Numbered from the stretch's first letter, positions 11,442 to 23,819 are shown. The stretch: DNA of 64,000 nucleotides from Squalus acanthias (GCA_030390025.1 CM059438.1:62994001-63058000); one strand, 5' to 3'. Made by a program: numbers and translations. The notes: a model not told the origin generated them from the sequence alone.

Positions 11442-12518
11442 TGCCATTGTTTTAGTGCAATGGTTGGGGCCGGGGAGGGGGACGCTGACATTGTCTGAAG
11501 TTGTTGCTGTGTTGGTCACGATTTGTTTGATGCCAGGAGTGGGAAAGGCTGCTTATGCACGAAACTGTGCTTTGGGATTTAAAAATTGAGCTGGTAGCTC
11601 AGGATTTACGTTAAAAATGTGTTTATTCGATACACTATGGGCCATTGACATTTTTAAGATCCATCTGGTCAGTACTTGTGTTGTGCAAGAGCAAGACACA
11701 TTTTACTGCAGTATATTCACGTAAAAGAGGAGTCTCTTTTGTTTCAGATCTCTGGGTATTAAAATGTGAGCACATTTTTCCATTCACTGATGGTATTAAC
11801 AGAGTAAATGGGGACACTGGCGGCTATCTGACCAGTTTAGGAAGTGCCAGTTCATTTGGTTTTTGCAGCACTCACTGTTCTGGTACACCAGCTGCCACTC
11901 AGCAAGAGAAAGCCCTGATGAGTTTTCATCAAAATGACAGGCAAGAATCTGGTGCTGCTTCATCCAAAACAGCAGGAATTATGACTGTGCATCGAATCAA
12001 CAAGGTCATTGACACAGTGTAATAACAGTCCTTCGCTGTTTGCCAAATATATGAGTGACTACAGGCTTGGTTTATTGTTTTTGTAGCTTTTGAAAAGACA
12101 CGCACACCGAGACACGCACCTACACACACACACACGCCTCCATGTTAACTTTGTTCTGCACGTTTCTTGTTTCCCGATGACCTTGCAGTCATTACTAGCC
12201 TGATATATGTTTCTAATAATGCTGCACAGTGTGTCGAGGATAGTTCTGGTACATCGTATAGGCATACCAGATTAATGGTGCAATTAATGTAACAGACAAT
12301 ATGTAAATTACAAATGTATGTGAAAAGAAAAGACAGGCTCATCAACGCTCACCCAATCTCATGCTCTGCCCTCCCAAACATTAGTAACGCTACTTTTTGG
12401 GGAGACAACAGAGAACAGAAAATAAACACCTGTGGACAATTTCTGGAAACACTGGGAAATTGTCCCGAATGTCACAAGGCAATCTGGTAAACTCCAGGAG
12501 GCCATGGTTGCCCATGAC

Positions 12519-12781
12519 TAGGGCTGCCAACCCTCCATGATTGTCCTGGAGTTAAAAATTAATCTCCTGGACACTGCTGCGAGCAAACTCGGGAGAAAAA
12601 TCAGAGAGGAATTTTTTTTAAAGGTTTTTTTCATTTTCTTTGAACACTTTTGTTTATTAGTTATAAAAGATATTGGAGATGATTTGAAAAAAAAGGCTGT
12701 CTGACTGTGTGGGGAGGCTGGAGGAGGGAGATCAAGTGATGAAACCTCCAGGAATATGTCCAACCAGAGTTGGCAACCCGA
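12519..12781. mobile_element. hAT MITE (TAGGGTTGCCAAC TIR family)
   Basis: TIRs TAGGGCTGCCAAC / GTTGGCAACCCGA and a perfect 8-bp TSD CCCATGAC (12511-12518, 12782-12789). Confidence 0.88.
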
Positions 12782-12828
12782 CCCATGACACATCACTCGC
12801 TGAGCCCAACTAACCCCAACACCCCGAT

Positions 12829-12967
12829 CAATGTTCCCTCGAAACTGCGCGCAGGCCGCTCACCAGCTTTCCCATTGTAGGTACCGGGCAGGCGCTGAAA
12901 TTTAAAGGGACCGCGCAGTAAAAGAAACGGGCCGCCCAGAACAAAGTGCAGCTTACAGGGAACATTG
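12829..12967. mobile_element. hAT-type MITE (CAATGTTCCC family)
   Basis: Perfect TIR CAATGTTCCC / GGGAACATTG with decayed TSD accccgat/cctctgat. Confidence 0.75.
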
Positions 12968-13088
12968 CCTCTGATACGCCCTAGTGACTTTGTCAAGTAT
13001 CTTCTTAAAGGGCACGAGAGTAGGTGAGCCCAAAGGTGACCCGCGAGCTCCTCGAATCCAACGAGCGAAGCTCCTGCTGCTTCTTATT

Positions 13089-13866
13089 GCCAACAAAGGC
13101 AGACGTCGATGACGAAGTCCAACACCGCCTTCAGTGTGCCAGTGCAGCCTTCGGTCGCCTGAGGAAGAGAGTGTTTGAAGACCAGGACCTCAAACCCGGC
13201 ACTAAGCTCATGGTCTACAGAGCAGTAGTGATACCCGCCCTCCTGTATGCTTCAGAGACATGGACCATGTACAGCAGGCACCTCAAAGCACTGGAGAGGT
13301 ACCACCAACGCTGCCTCCGCAAGATCCTGCAAATCCATTTGCAGGATAGGCGCACCAACGTCAGTGTTCTCGCTCAGGCCAACATCCCCAGCATCGAAGT
13401 TTTGACCATGCTCGATCAGCTCCGATGGACGGGCCACATTGTTCGCATGCCCGATACGAGACTCCCAAAACAAGCGCTCTACTCGGAGCTCCGACACGGC
13501 AAGAGAGCCCAGGTGGGCAGAGGAAATGCTTCAAGGGCACCCTCAAAGCCTCCTTGAAAAAGTGCAACATCCCCACTGACAGCTGGGAATCCCTGGCCCA
13601 AGACCGCACAAAGTGGAGGAGAAGCATCCGGGAAGGCGCCGAACACCTCGAGTCTCTTCGCCGGGAGCAAGCGGAAGCCAAGCGCAAACAACGGAAGGAG
13701 CGCACGTCAACCCAAGCACCCCACCCACTCGCCCCTTCAAACACCGTCTGCTCCACCAGTGACAGAGACTGTAGGTCCCGCATTGGACTCATCAGTCACC
13801 CGAGAACTCATTTTTAGTGTGGAAGCAAGTCATCCTCGGTTCCGAGGGACTGCCTAAGAAGAGGAG
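13089..13866 (+). mobile_element. RTE-clade LINE 3' fragment
   Basis: DDEVQHRLQCASAAFGRLRKRVF...LLYASETW motifs, C-terminal zinc-finger-like CRSRIGLISH, and TAAGAAG tail. Confidence 0.88.
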
Positions 13867-14224
13867 AAGGTTCTTATCATCTGCAAATCCGACTTCGGCA
13901 GCATTGGACATCAGGGCAGAGTGCTTCAGCTGCAGTTGCAGCAGGGAGCTGGTTTAACTCGGAGGAGGCTGGTGGAAAATGCCGCTGGAGCTAATCTGCT
14001 TGCTAGGTGCCGGTCAAAAAAAACTTTAGAATCAGTCTCCGAGCACTCAATAAGCTTACGTGCCACTTTTTAACAAGAAGTTGAATTTATTTTTTTCTAA
14101 TTTAAACCAGTTGAACAGAGGCCACCATCTATAGCTACTCTACAGCTGGCGTTGGAGCCCCGCCCCATTCCTTCTCTGTCCAGACACACTGCCTGGTGGA
14201 GGCCGGGGAGCCCACCAAAATTAC

Positions 14225-14650
14225 ATGGTGTCAGCATTGGCTCAGTGCTAGCACTCTCGCCTCTGAGTCAGCAGGTTGTGGGTTCAAGTCCTACCCCCGA
14301 GACTTGAGCACACGATCCAGGCTGACACTCCAGTGCAGGAGTGAGGGAGTGCTGCATTGTCAGAGGTGCCGCCTTTCAGATGAAGCGTTAAACTGAGGCT
14401 CCGTCTACCCTCACAGGCGGACGTAAAAGATTCCATGGCACTATTCGAAGAAGAGCAGGGGAATTTTCCCAGTGCCCTGGCCAAATATTTATCCTCAAAC
14501 AATTGCTGTTTATGGGACCTTGCTGTGCGCAAATTGACTGCTGCGTTTTCTACAGTCCAACGGTGACTGCACTTAAAGTCTGTTATTGGCTATAAAATGC
14601 TTTGGGATGACTTGAAAATGCGCTTTATAAATGCAAGTTCTTTCTTTCTT
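14225..14650 (+). mobile_element. Deu-domain SINE
   Basis: tRNA-like head, Deu core, and tail gctttataaatgcaagttctttc. Confidence 0.85.
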
Positions 14651-15631
14651 ATAAATAAGGCAGGAATAGGCGCCGGGGTCAGTGGTGCAGCTGTGTGGTA
14701 GGAATGACTCCCGCTCTGCTGGCATAGCGGCTGAGCGGAAAATCTCTTCAAAATTCCCTGACCTCAAGGAGTGGGAAAAAAAAGCTGCTTCTTAATCAGT
14801 CGAAAACCATCAAGCAGCCTTTTCCAGTCCTGCAGTCCCGGGAACTGTAAAGAGAAAAGGCTTCCAAGTTCTCAGGTTTTGGAGGAGGGGGCAAAAGGAG
14901 GAATGGGGGCTTTTTATTTTCATGTGTGAGGGGTGTCACTCTGCATACATGGGGGTGTCTCTTTTTTGTGTGTGTGGGCTTGAAGGTCTCACTTCTGGGG
15001 TCTCACTTTTGTGTGTGTGTGTGGGCAACCTGTTTTTTTGTGTAGAGGTCTTGCTTTTTATGTATCTGGTGATCTCCCTTTTTATATATGGCTTTTTTAT
15101 ATGAAGGCCTTGTTTTTTTGTGTGTGTGTGGAAGATGGATTTATTACACAATTATATGCGGCTGACTCACTGGTTTTGGCCCCCAGTTTCAAAAGGTTGT
15201 ATATCTTTGTGGTCGAGTACCCATGCTCAGCAGGGCCAGTGGTGACCTGTTTCAGAGGGCAACAGCACTCAACACTTGGCCTACAACCTGACTCTTCGGT
15301 TTTAATATTTAACAAGTATTTGTGCCTTTCAGTCCTACTGATATTATCCATTTGAAATATCCTATCCAAATTTACAACACCAAACCAGAATCTACTACAG
15401 CCAATTCTTTCTTCATTTCAAACAGACCTCACTTGTATTCCCCTGAGCCCGAGCATCTCCACAGTGAGTAGCTCTAACTTTCTAAGCCTATCTTAGTATC
15501 TAGGAGATTTAGATTTAGGTATCCTCTCTGTTGAGCTCCTCTTCACCCTCAATATCCATCACCAAATGTGAGGACCAAAACTGGATACAACACTCCAGGT
15601 GCAAATAAACCACAGCCAGTTCTAACTCTTA

Positions 15632-17281
15632 GGGCTGGATTTTGCCAATGGGGGGAGCTTTTGGAGGCGGGACTCCCACTTGTCGGGTTTTAGTCCTGCC
15701 TCCATCGACTTCTGACCAACCCATGCTATTTTCCCTTGATTGACCTTGTTAAGCCCGCCCAGCGGGCTTAACAGGCCAATTAAGGGGAAGCCGGTTACAG
15801 AAAACGTCAGCGTATGACGTTTCATCTGTCAAAAATTTTTGACCGATGAATTGTCATTGTTTGACAGCTCTGTGAAGCTGTCAAACACTGACATTCTGGG
15901 CTGGATTTTGATACTGGGGACATGATGGAGGCGGGACTCCCACTTTTTGGGTTGTAGTCCCGCCTCCAGCGACTTGTGGCCAACCCACTGCATTTTCACT
16001 TGATTGACCTTGTTGAGCCCGCTCAGCAGGCCAATTAAGGGCCACCCGGCAATAGGTGACGTCACAGATTGACATTTCATCTGTCAAGAGCTTTTGACAG
16101 ATGAAATATCAGCGTTTGACAGCTCTGTGAAGCTGTCAAACACTGACAATCTGTCTTCTAACTTGAGTCCTTCCTCTCAGGCTGAGTTAGAAATCATTCC
16201 ACCACAGAAAACAGAGGCTGCAGTTTTTGACAGCTCCACGGCCATTCTGCTTTCTGTGCCAGTGAGATTTCTGACTCCCGAGACCTGAAGAGCTGACACC
16301 TGCAGGAGGAAGTTAAGGTAAGTAAAACTTTTCCCCCCCACTTTACACTTACCTTACACACTTACCTCTGCACACATGCACCCATCACTCACCTGCCCAC
16401 CGGACATATCGACCCCTGCAGACCCACGGTCCGCCTCGCTAACTTGGCGTGGTTGGGACCTGCCGGAGAGCCCACATTTCATGCATCAAAATAGGGATTA
16501 GGCAAAAAACTGCCTGTTAACTACCTGTTAACAGGCAGTTTATTGCCACTAATCCCCTTCCCGCCTCTGGGAGGCGGGTCCCAGCACAGGTCGCGCACCC
16601 GCCTCCAGCGAAACTGGCATGGAGGCGGGATGGGTTCGGGACCCCCGAATCTGCAACTTTAACCTCCCACACGCCTCCAAACCCGCCTCCACGGGTCAAT
16701 GAAAATCCAGCCCTCTATGTTGTTTGATGAATTCTTGTACTCAAGACTCATCAAACCTCTTTTGTGAGCAGAAATTAGATGGTTGTTGCATCGGAGAATG
16801 CAGCAGCCATCTGTCATCTCTGCCGGTGAGATGCGAGACTCTCCGCATACCCAACGTTTGAAGCCTGCAGGAAGAAACAAAGGTAAGTAAACATTTTCTA
16901 TCACTTTCCACTCACCTCACATACTTACCTCTCCACACTTGCACCCATCACTTATCTTCACAGCGCACTTTTGCAGCCCGCAGACCCACTGCTCGCCTCG
17001 CTGACCCTGGCGGGGTTTGCAGCCTTTGGGAAGCCCACACTTGTGTGGGTAACATGGGGATAATCCTCTTATCTGCTTGTTAACTACCTGTTAACAGGCA
17101 GATAAGTGGCACTAATCCCCTTCCTGCCTCCAAGGAGACGGGACCCGGCGCGGGACGGCTACCTGCCAAGATGACACGGAGGCGGGTTGGGGGCGGGATG
17201 GGCACCCGCCCCCAGATTCTGCCATTTTCCTGGCAGTCCTGCCTCCATACCCGCCTCCCCAGGGCTGGCAAGATCGCGCCC
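15632..17281. mobile_element. PIF/Harbinger-type MITE (about 830 bp family), outer element of a nest
   Basis: TIRs GGGCTGGATTTTGCCA / TGGCAAGATCGCGCCC with TTA TSD at 15629-15631 and 17282-17284. Matches 32347-33190 once the insert is removed. Confidence 0.88.
15898..16713. mobile_element. PIF/Harbinger-type MITE nested in a relative
   Basis: Perfect 12-bp TIR GGGCTGGATTTT / AAAATCCAGCCC with TCT TSD at 15895-15897 and 16714-16716. Confidence 0.88.
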
Positions 17282-18229
17282 TTAATTTGCCGCTCTTAGT
17301 TTTGTATTTTATTGACCAAACAATGCTTCCATAGAATCTATTTACTTTCACTATAGTGACCTCACATTGTTTCTGCACCTTCAGTGACTGGTCAGTGACT
17401 ACCATGAGTCCCTTTCTTGCTTTATTACTTCTAATGGGCACCAATACATGGGATCAAGATGCCTTGAGTTGCCTGACCCTATGAACATAACAAAGCACTT
17501 CTCCTATATTAAATTACATTTGCCGCTTATGAGCTCATTCACTTAACTTATCAAATTAGCTTGAACCAGTCTCCTCCTCATTGCCAATCCTTGCATACAT
17601 TTTCATTTCATATCTGTAAATTTTATAATGCTGTCAAAAATTATTAATAAAAATAATGAACCATAAAAGACCCAGCACAGAGCCCTGGGAAATCCACACA
17701 TCTGAATCCATTCCCTTAATAACCACTCTCTTTACGCAATTTGAACAAACACCTGCCATTTCTCCAATAATACATAACATCGCACTTTTTTTTCCACCTT
17801 AAGACTGCGCTTGACTCCCCGTGCGCAAAGTCATGGGAAACAGACCAGCAGATACATAATAAAAGTCTTGCATGTTGAACACAATGTCAATCACACATTG
17901 GAATTAGGCAAGTTTCTGTGTTACACTTGCCAGGGATTAGCTGAAACTATGTATTCATAAAAAGAGTAACAAGTCACAACTGAAGAGGTAGGGAATGTAC
18001 AAATCAAACTTGAGGTAAGTAGATCATAAAGTTAGCAATGAGGAACGACTAAGGGCATAGGAAAATAACGAATTAAACGCGAGCAGTCAGCAACATCTCG
18101 TAACAAAAACAAGCGAGGGGAATCCAATCAAATTGCTTCCATTTCCTTTTTAAATCCTTGAACTGCCATCAAAGACTTACTGACATGAATCTTGTCATTC
18201 ATGTGGAAATGACTTATGAAATAATACTG

Positions 18230-18252
18230 GGCGGCCTGCTGGTGGCGCTGTC
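18230..18252 (+). promoter_or_regulatory. CTCF-like motif
   Basis: GGCCTGCTGGTGGCGCTG resembles the CTCF core, with a TATA-like GTATAAATA at 18261. Confidence 0.45.
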
Positions 18253-18559
18253 CAGGGAGAGTATAAATACTCGGGCACGGGCCCAGCTTGCTCAGGACAT
18301 TCTTTAACAGGAACGAGTGAAGGACACAACTAGATTTCCATGTTGAAAAACAGTTGATTAAAGCTTTGTTTAACGCTTAGACCAAGTGCCTAGTAGTTTT
18401 CTTACGTCACTTACTACTGGAAGTTGTAACATCATAAAGACAGGAATGATAAAGCTTATACGAAAATGCTTAAACTTACCGATACAGTAGCATTTTCTGT
18501 GTTCAGACGAGGTTTTCCCGTCACAGGCTTGTGCTTATCTCTGGAGCCTGAGCCTTCAG

Positions 18560-18655
18560 TTCATGGGGCTTCCCAGTCCTATCCCTGTTAGCGGAAGAGA
18601 TTCAGTAAAGTGGCAGACTACAGCTCCCAGTGTGCTCACAACTCCCAGAATTATT
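18560..18655 (-). promoter_or_regulatory. ZNF143/THAP11-type promoter
   Basis: ACTACAGCTCCCAGTGTGC at 18617-18635 (ACTAYRNNNCCCR/SBS motif), a second ACAACTCCCAGAAT at 18638-18651, an ETS-like GCGGAAG at 18591, and a minus-strand donor CG|GTAAGT at 18480/18479. Confidence 0.6.
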
Positions 18656-19313
18656 TTTTTTTTTACGATTGACTAAGTATTCATAACGTGGCAAACTTAT
18701 TGTTTTTAAACCCCACCTCCACATTCTCCATTCAGCTTTATTCATGGAAATTACTAAGGGCTAAAACCCGCTCAGAGAAACCATTTTGGTAGCAGTGAAA
18801 GTAACCAGATTTTTTTTGCAATAAAATATCAAAATAAATGCTTTAATTCTTTTTGAGGTAACTTTGTTAGGGGGAAAAAAAAGCCCATGGAGGTTAACTT
18901 ACTGTTTATTTAGCAAGTACAGCATGGCATGTGTAAGAAATCAACCATTGCAGTTTAAAATTGTTTGATTTTTTTTTAATGTTATAATGTTTTCTAAACT
19001 GTCACAATAGCTGCATTTCTTTGTTTTTCAGCTCTTAGATGACCATAAATAAATCAGCAAAAAATACCCTCAATATATTAACAGCCTATATTCTGTACTG
19101 TGCTGTTCAAGTTAGGAGGGAGGTTCTGAATAAAAATCATGAATGTAAATCTTTATTTAAGCAGTATCTTTAAGTAATGCAAAGTACTGTTGCAGAGAAA
19201 TTTGGCCCAGGAGGAAACATGTCAACTAGTTTAGTCTTATAAATTATTATTTGTTGGGCCTTTTTATCCCAAACCCACATCCCTAAATCAATTCACAGTA
19301 AAGGTACAGAGCT

Positions 19314-19614
19314 ACAATAGCAAAATACTGCAGATGCTGGAAATCTGCAATAACAACAGAAAATGCTGGAAACACTCAGCAGGCCAGGCAGCATCCGTGG
19401 AGAGAGAAACAGAGTTAACGTTTCAGGTCTGGGACCCTTCGTCAGAACTGGAAAAAGTTAGAGATGTAACAGGTGCAGAGGCAGGAGGGGAGGAAGGAAG
19501 GAACTAAAGGGACGGTCTGTGCTAGGGTGGAAGGCAGGAGAGGTTAAATATTGCAAATGGGGATGGCCGAATAATCAACAGCTGTCGCCTGAAAAAAAGG
19601 GGGCAGGGGTTATA
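19314..19614 (-). mobile_element. Penelope 3' fragment with hammerhead
   Basis: 10-bp TSD GTACAGAGCT (19304-19313, 19615-19624). Minus-strand CTGACGA...GGTC(cca)GACCT-GAAA-CGTT at 19413-19449. Confidence 0.82.
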
Positions 19615-20904
19615 GTACAGAGCTGCTCTCCCATGTTACATGCAGACGTTGATTTATTCACGTGAAGGGCGCAAATTTATTTATTATCTATCTGCAGTGG
19701 GTAAGGGAAATGTTGGTGTCTGGAGAATACATTTTAAAAAAAAAAGCATTTTATTATGTCTGAGGGGATCCCTTACAAACAAGACGTCTTGCCAATTCCA
19801 TTCAATGGAGATGTGAACTACTCTCCCACCCCCCTTCACAACAGCATCATTTCTGAGGCACCGTGAGCAATGGCACTCACTGGGCATCTGCTCGTAATTA
19901 AACATCCCTTACACTTACTGTTTTTTCATTATCCCTCCTCTCCATGCCATCTGCACCTTTCTCGTACTATTTTTAGTTATTTTAACTGCTTTGACATTTT
20001 CGCTTCCTGAACAATGCAAAGCATTATTTTTTTTTATTAAAGCTTACTTCGCCAAGAGCTTCCTTTACTCAACCGGTGGAAGTATAGCCCTATTAACCTG
20101 TCATCATCAGGCTAATGCCACCGATTCCTGTAAAGTAAGCTGCTCCCCACGTTTGCACTCAATTCAGTCTCCATACAGCAGGGCCAAGCTGGAGATCAAG
20201 ACCCAGCTGACCGCTTTGAAGTGGGGTGGGGGGACGGGGGCAGTGGCATGTAGATGTTATCTCTGTTGCTTGTCATCTTGCTAACTGCGTTTCTAAATGC
20301 ATTTCGCCATTACTATTTTGAGTATGTGATTCAGAAGAGAATAATGTGTTGATTACTGAGTACAATGAAACTGAGCAATGAGGTCATTTATTTATTTGAA
20401 AGTAGTGTAATTTTGCCTCGACAGTAACCTTCTAAGTAAATGGAGGATATTGTTTGGTTACTGGGCTTCTGCGTGCAGCCAGAGAATAACTTGATTGTAC
20501 ACAGAATTGAATGTAAAATGCTAGTTTTATCTCCCCTACCCCCTCACGAGCCTTGAATGGTTTTAACGTGGTTTTTCATTTCTTTAAATTAAAGCATCAT
20601 TGCAATTGTTCTTCCAAAAATCTTGCTACTGTAAACATTCCCCTTGGTCCTGCTTGAAACTGCAGAGGAGCTCAAGCCAATCTAAAATTAACCCCCTGAT
20701 AACTACTCATTACGAAGTGGCAAAAATAAATCAATTTGACGGCCTTTCAGGGCTCCCGCATCCTGGTCAGTTTAAAACCAAAGTATTCCTACGTGGTCCT
20801 TGAAGTATCTTCCTGGGTTTGGCAAAAGGCTAAGGGCAGCCAAATGAAGTGGAAAGATGTTTCAGTTGTGCTTATGACTTACTGAATGAATAATGAAGTG
20901 CCAC

Positions 20905-21050
20905 CTGGTTCCAATGGCGGCATGCACGTGATTGGCTGGTTGCTATATCTGCCTCTCTCTCCCTCTGATCGAGGAGGGAGGCAGAAGCAAGTGGGGTGAG
21001 AGATGTGCAAGAGCAGTGATCATAAGAGAAATAAAGGGGCGGGGAAAACT
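20905..21050. promoter_or_regulatory. Candidate promoter/enhancer motif cluster
   Basis: CCAAT (20911), E-box CACGTG immediately followed by ATTGG (20926-20935), and GC box GGGGCGGGG (21036). Confidence 0.3.
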
Positions 21051-21459
21051 GGGCTTAAATCCAGCCCAGACTCATGGGTGAAAGCCTTCTCCGTTTGTTG
21101 AGTGTAAAGGCTCTCTCTCAAATGGGTTTAGGACAATCTCAAATGAACTTCTTGTGACCTCCGATCACCCTGCCCACAAATTGGCAATACACTAATGGCA
21201 CATATTTGAGTGCTTAAAGGTGAAACAGCAGGAGCTGTACAAGTTAACAAGAAAAATTAAGATCACAATGTTTTTTTTTCATTTTGATCTGCTTATTTCT
21301 TGGCGTCTGTTTCTAAACCCACCTCTCGTCGTACTCGGGTCTATTTTTATCATGAGATAGATGGAATCTGTCACTGTCTCTGGCCACCTCCTGTGAACAA
21401 CTTGATCTCGTACAAAATATAAAGGTTTGCTGCACTCGAATAACCATCTCCACAGTGGT

Positions 21460-22400
21460 CATTTTAAATTCCAGGAGACCTGGGTTCTGATATATTTAGG
21501 GAGTGGGGGAGAGTGTTTGTGAAGCGGGGGGGGGGCGGAGTGGGGGGGGGGGATCCCGGGAACACAGAGGTCTTGCTGAATTTAACAGCATCACTCATTA
21601 TCATTTTTTAAACTTTGTTTCCCGCCTGGCTGCCGGCCTGATTGACGGTCCCTGGCAACCAGAAAAGATCGGGGTTTGGTAGGGGGTGTTGGACCAGCAA
21701 TCAGGAGGGAGGGCAGACCAGGAGAGATCACGGGGCAGAAGAGAGGGGGGTGTCGGACTGCCAGTTGAGAGCGAGGGGGGGGGGACTGGGAGAGATCATG
21801 GGGCAGAAGAGAGGGGGTGGGGGGGTGTCGGACTGCCAGTTGAGAGTGAGGGGAGGGGGGGGGGATACCGGGAGAGATCACGGGGCAGCAGGCAGGGTTC
21901 TCGGTCCCACAATCGGGAGGGAGGGGGGCTGGGAAACATTGCAGGGGAGAAGGGAGGTCTCAGACCACCAATCGGGTGGGTGGGGGGACTGGGAGAGTTT
22001 ACTGGGCAGAGGCGGGGGGGGTGGGTGGGGGGGTGTTTCTCAGACCAGCAGTCGGGAGGGAAGCAGACCGGGAAAGAGTGCAGGGCAGAAGGGAGGTGTT
22101 GGACCAGCAATCGATAGGGAGGGAGGGCCGGGGGAGACCACGGGGCAGAAGAGTGGGATCTCGGCCTGCCAATCAGGAGGGAGGGGGGGCTGGGGGAAAT
22201 CGTGAGTTGCTGGGGGGTGGCGAGCAGCCGATTGTGGCAGACCATTCGCGCCTCGAGCGGGACACAGACACGCCACGCAACCCGCCGCCGTAAAAATGGC
22301 GGCAGGCGCGTAGGCGGCGGGTTGGGATCGCATTACACGATACTTTATTTTTAACCCCCGACCCTATGACGGTCGGGAGGGGGGGGTCAAAATTACCCCC
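21460..22400. mobile_element. Partial Harbinger-like element with an internal G-rich degenerate minisatellite of about 60-80 bp
   Basis: Right end GTCAAAATTACCCCC resembles the other MITE ends. Repeated ggagagatcacggggcagaagag...gtcggactgccagttgag units. Left TIR not found. Confidence 0.5.
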
Positions 22401-22789
22401 ATGCTTTTTTTGTGGTCTGGGGAGGCCCTTTTATGTCACAGCGTGTATCTGTTGCATATAAGCAGAGTATTGCTGAATGTAGGGCAGGTTAGGATACTTT
22501 CGGTGAAATGGCACGGATGCGTGTGCAACTGAACGCCAACAACATTTTAACGTAGTAAAATGTCCCCATGGCTCTTCACGGGAGCGTTATGAAACAAAAT
22601 TTGCAGACTTTCCAGAGATGGGGACAAGCGCTGTGAACCTGGCAGAATTCAATTGCGCCATAATTTTGAAATTTAATGATCAGTTTCATCCCTTTTTCTT
22701 TCCTCCTCTTATGACGTTGCCGAATCATGGTGGGATGTGGTGGTACCTGCATTGGCAACCTGTCGCAGTTACTCACCGTGTTCCTATAT

Positions 22790-23285
22790 AAGAGCCTTAG
22801 GCAGTGAGGGCCAGCATACTATTTGATTTAGATGGGGTTTCACAGCCCAGCCTGATCCTGTCCTCACTCGACATCTACACTTCTCACCAGGGTCACTGAA
22901 TAATCTCTCAAAGGGTAGTGGACAATTGGAGCTTTCAAGACTGAGATCGCGGGATTTTTGTTAGTTAAGGGTATCAAGGGATATGGAGCAAAGGCAAGTA
23001 AATGGAGTTGAGGTGCACATCAGCCACGATCTAATTGAATGGCGGAGCAGGCTCGAGTGGCTGAATGGCCGACTCCTGTTCCTGTGTTCCTACCGTCAGC
23101 AACAGGAAAACCCCAAGTTGCATTTCCATCCCTTGGTCTCTTGGTCAGCAGCATAAAGGCCAGATGTAGCAGCCCTTCTGGCTTGTCTGAGATCAACCGA
23201 CTGGGCACAGGCCAAGTATCAAAACTGAGACCTTCCTGCTCAGTCTGCATTGATTCCGTAGTCAGCACCGGCCTTACTGAGGCAT
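22790..23285 (-). mobile_element. LF-SINE-like element interrupted by a CR1 3' end (about 22905-23087)
   Basis: Reverse complement resembles the recalled LF-SINE core (gtgaggacaggatcaggctgggctgtga; gcaggaaggtctcag...ctgtgc...gatctcag). Confidence 0.6.
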
Positions 23286-23391
23286 TGGAGGAAATTGATA
23301 TGTCCTGCGATATTTGTAAGTTACCCAGTTTGCCTTAATTGACATAGTTGTGGGATCACATTACAGAACGTGATGTGCCACCTAATTAATA

Positions 23392-23602
23392 AATGTGAGA
23401 AGTTGCACAACACCAGGTTATAGTCCAACAGCTTTATTTGAAATCACAAGCTTTCGGAGCGCTGCTCCTTGACTTCACCTGACGAAGGAGCAGTGCTGGG
23501 AAAGCTTGTAATTTCAAATAAAGCTGTTGGACTATAACCTGGTGTTGTGCGACTTCTCACATTTGTCCACCCCAGTCCAACACCGGCATCTCCGCATCAT
23601 CT
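23392..23602. mobile_element. Palindromic Penelope-derived mini-element (second family)
   Basis: About 80-bp inverted arms 23391-23470 / 23485-23564, TSD CTAATTAATA (23382-23391, 23603-23612), and a central hammerhead-like core. Confidence 0.8.
23475..23511 (+). ncRNA. Minimal hammerhead ribozyme, stem II mutated
   Basis: TCAC-CTGACGA-AGGAGC(agt)GCTgg-GAAA-GC-TT-GTAA. The opposite arm preserves the paired GGAGC/GCTCC. Confidence 0.55.
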
Positions 23603-23819
23603 CTAATTAATAGTTGTGCCCCGTGGTTCTTAAAGCTGCAGCGCCTCTCACTCTTGCCAAATAAATAATTCTCACCCCTCGTCCACTATAGTGACATCTG
23701 AAGAACCCAATCTGAGTTACTCAGATATCGTTCTTTCAAGCTCACATGTTGAAGTTTTGATGGCAGAGGTTGATCTTGATTATTTTTGTGCACCAGCTGG
23801 TCCCTGCTTCACACTCTTA

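Larger units (their letters stand above)
15420..17700 (-). mobile_element. Old CR1 remnant hosting nested MITEs
   Basis: DQSLKVQKQCEVTIVKVNR (17300-17400) continues into the degenerate [10 protein letters not shown] region (15570-15605) across the MITE. Confidence 0.65.

Noticed and set aside
21591..22333. Overlapping Gly/Pro-rich ORFs
   Set aside because: They arise from a low-complexity G-rich repeat within a transposon remnant.
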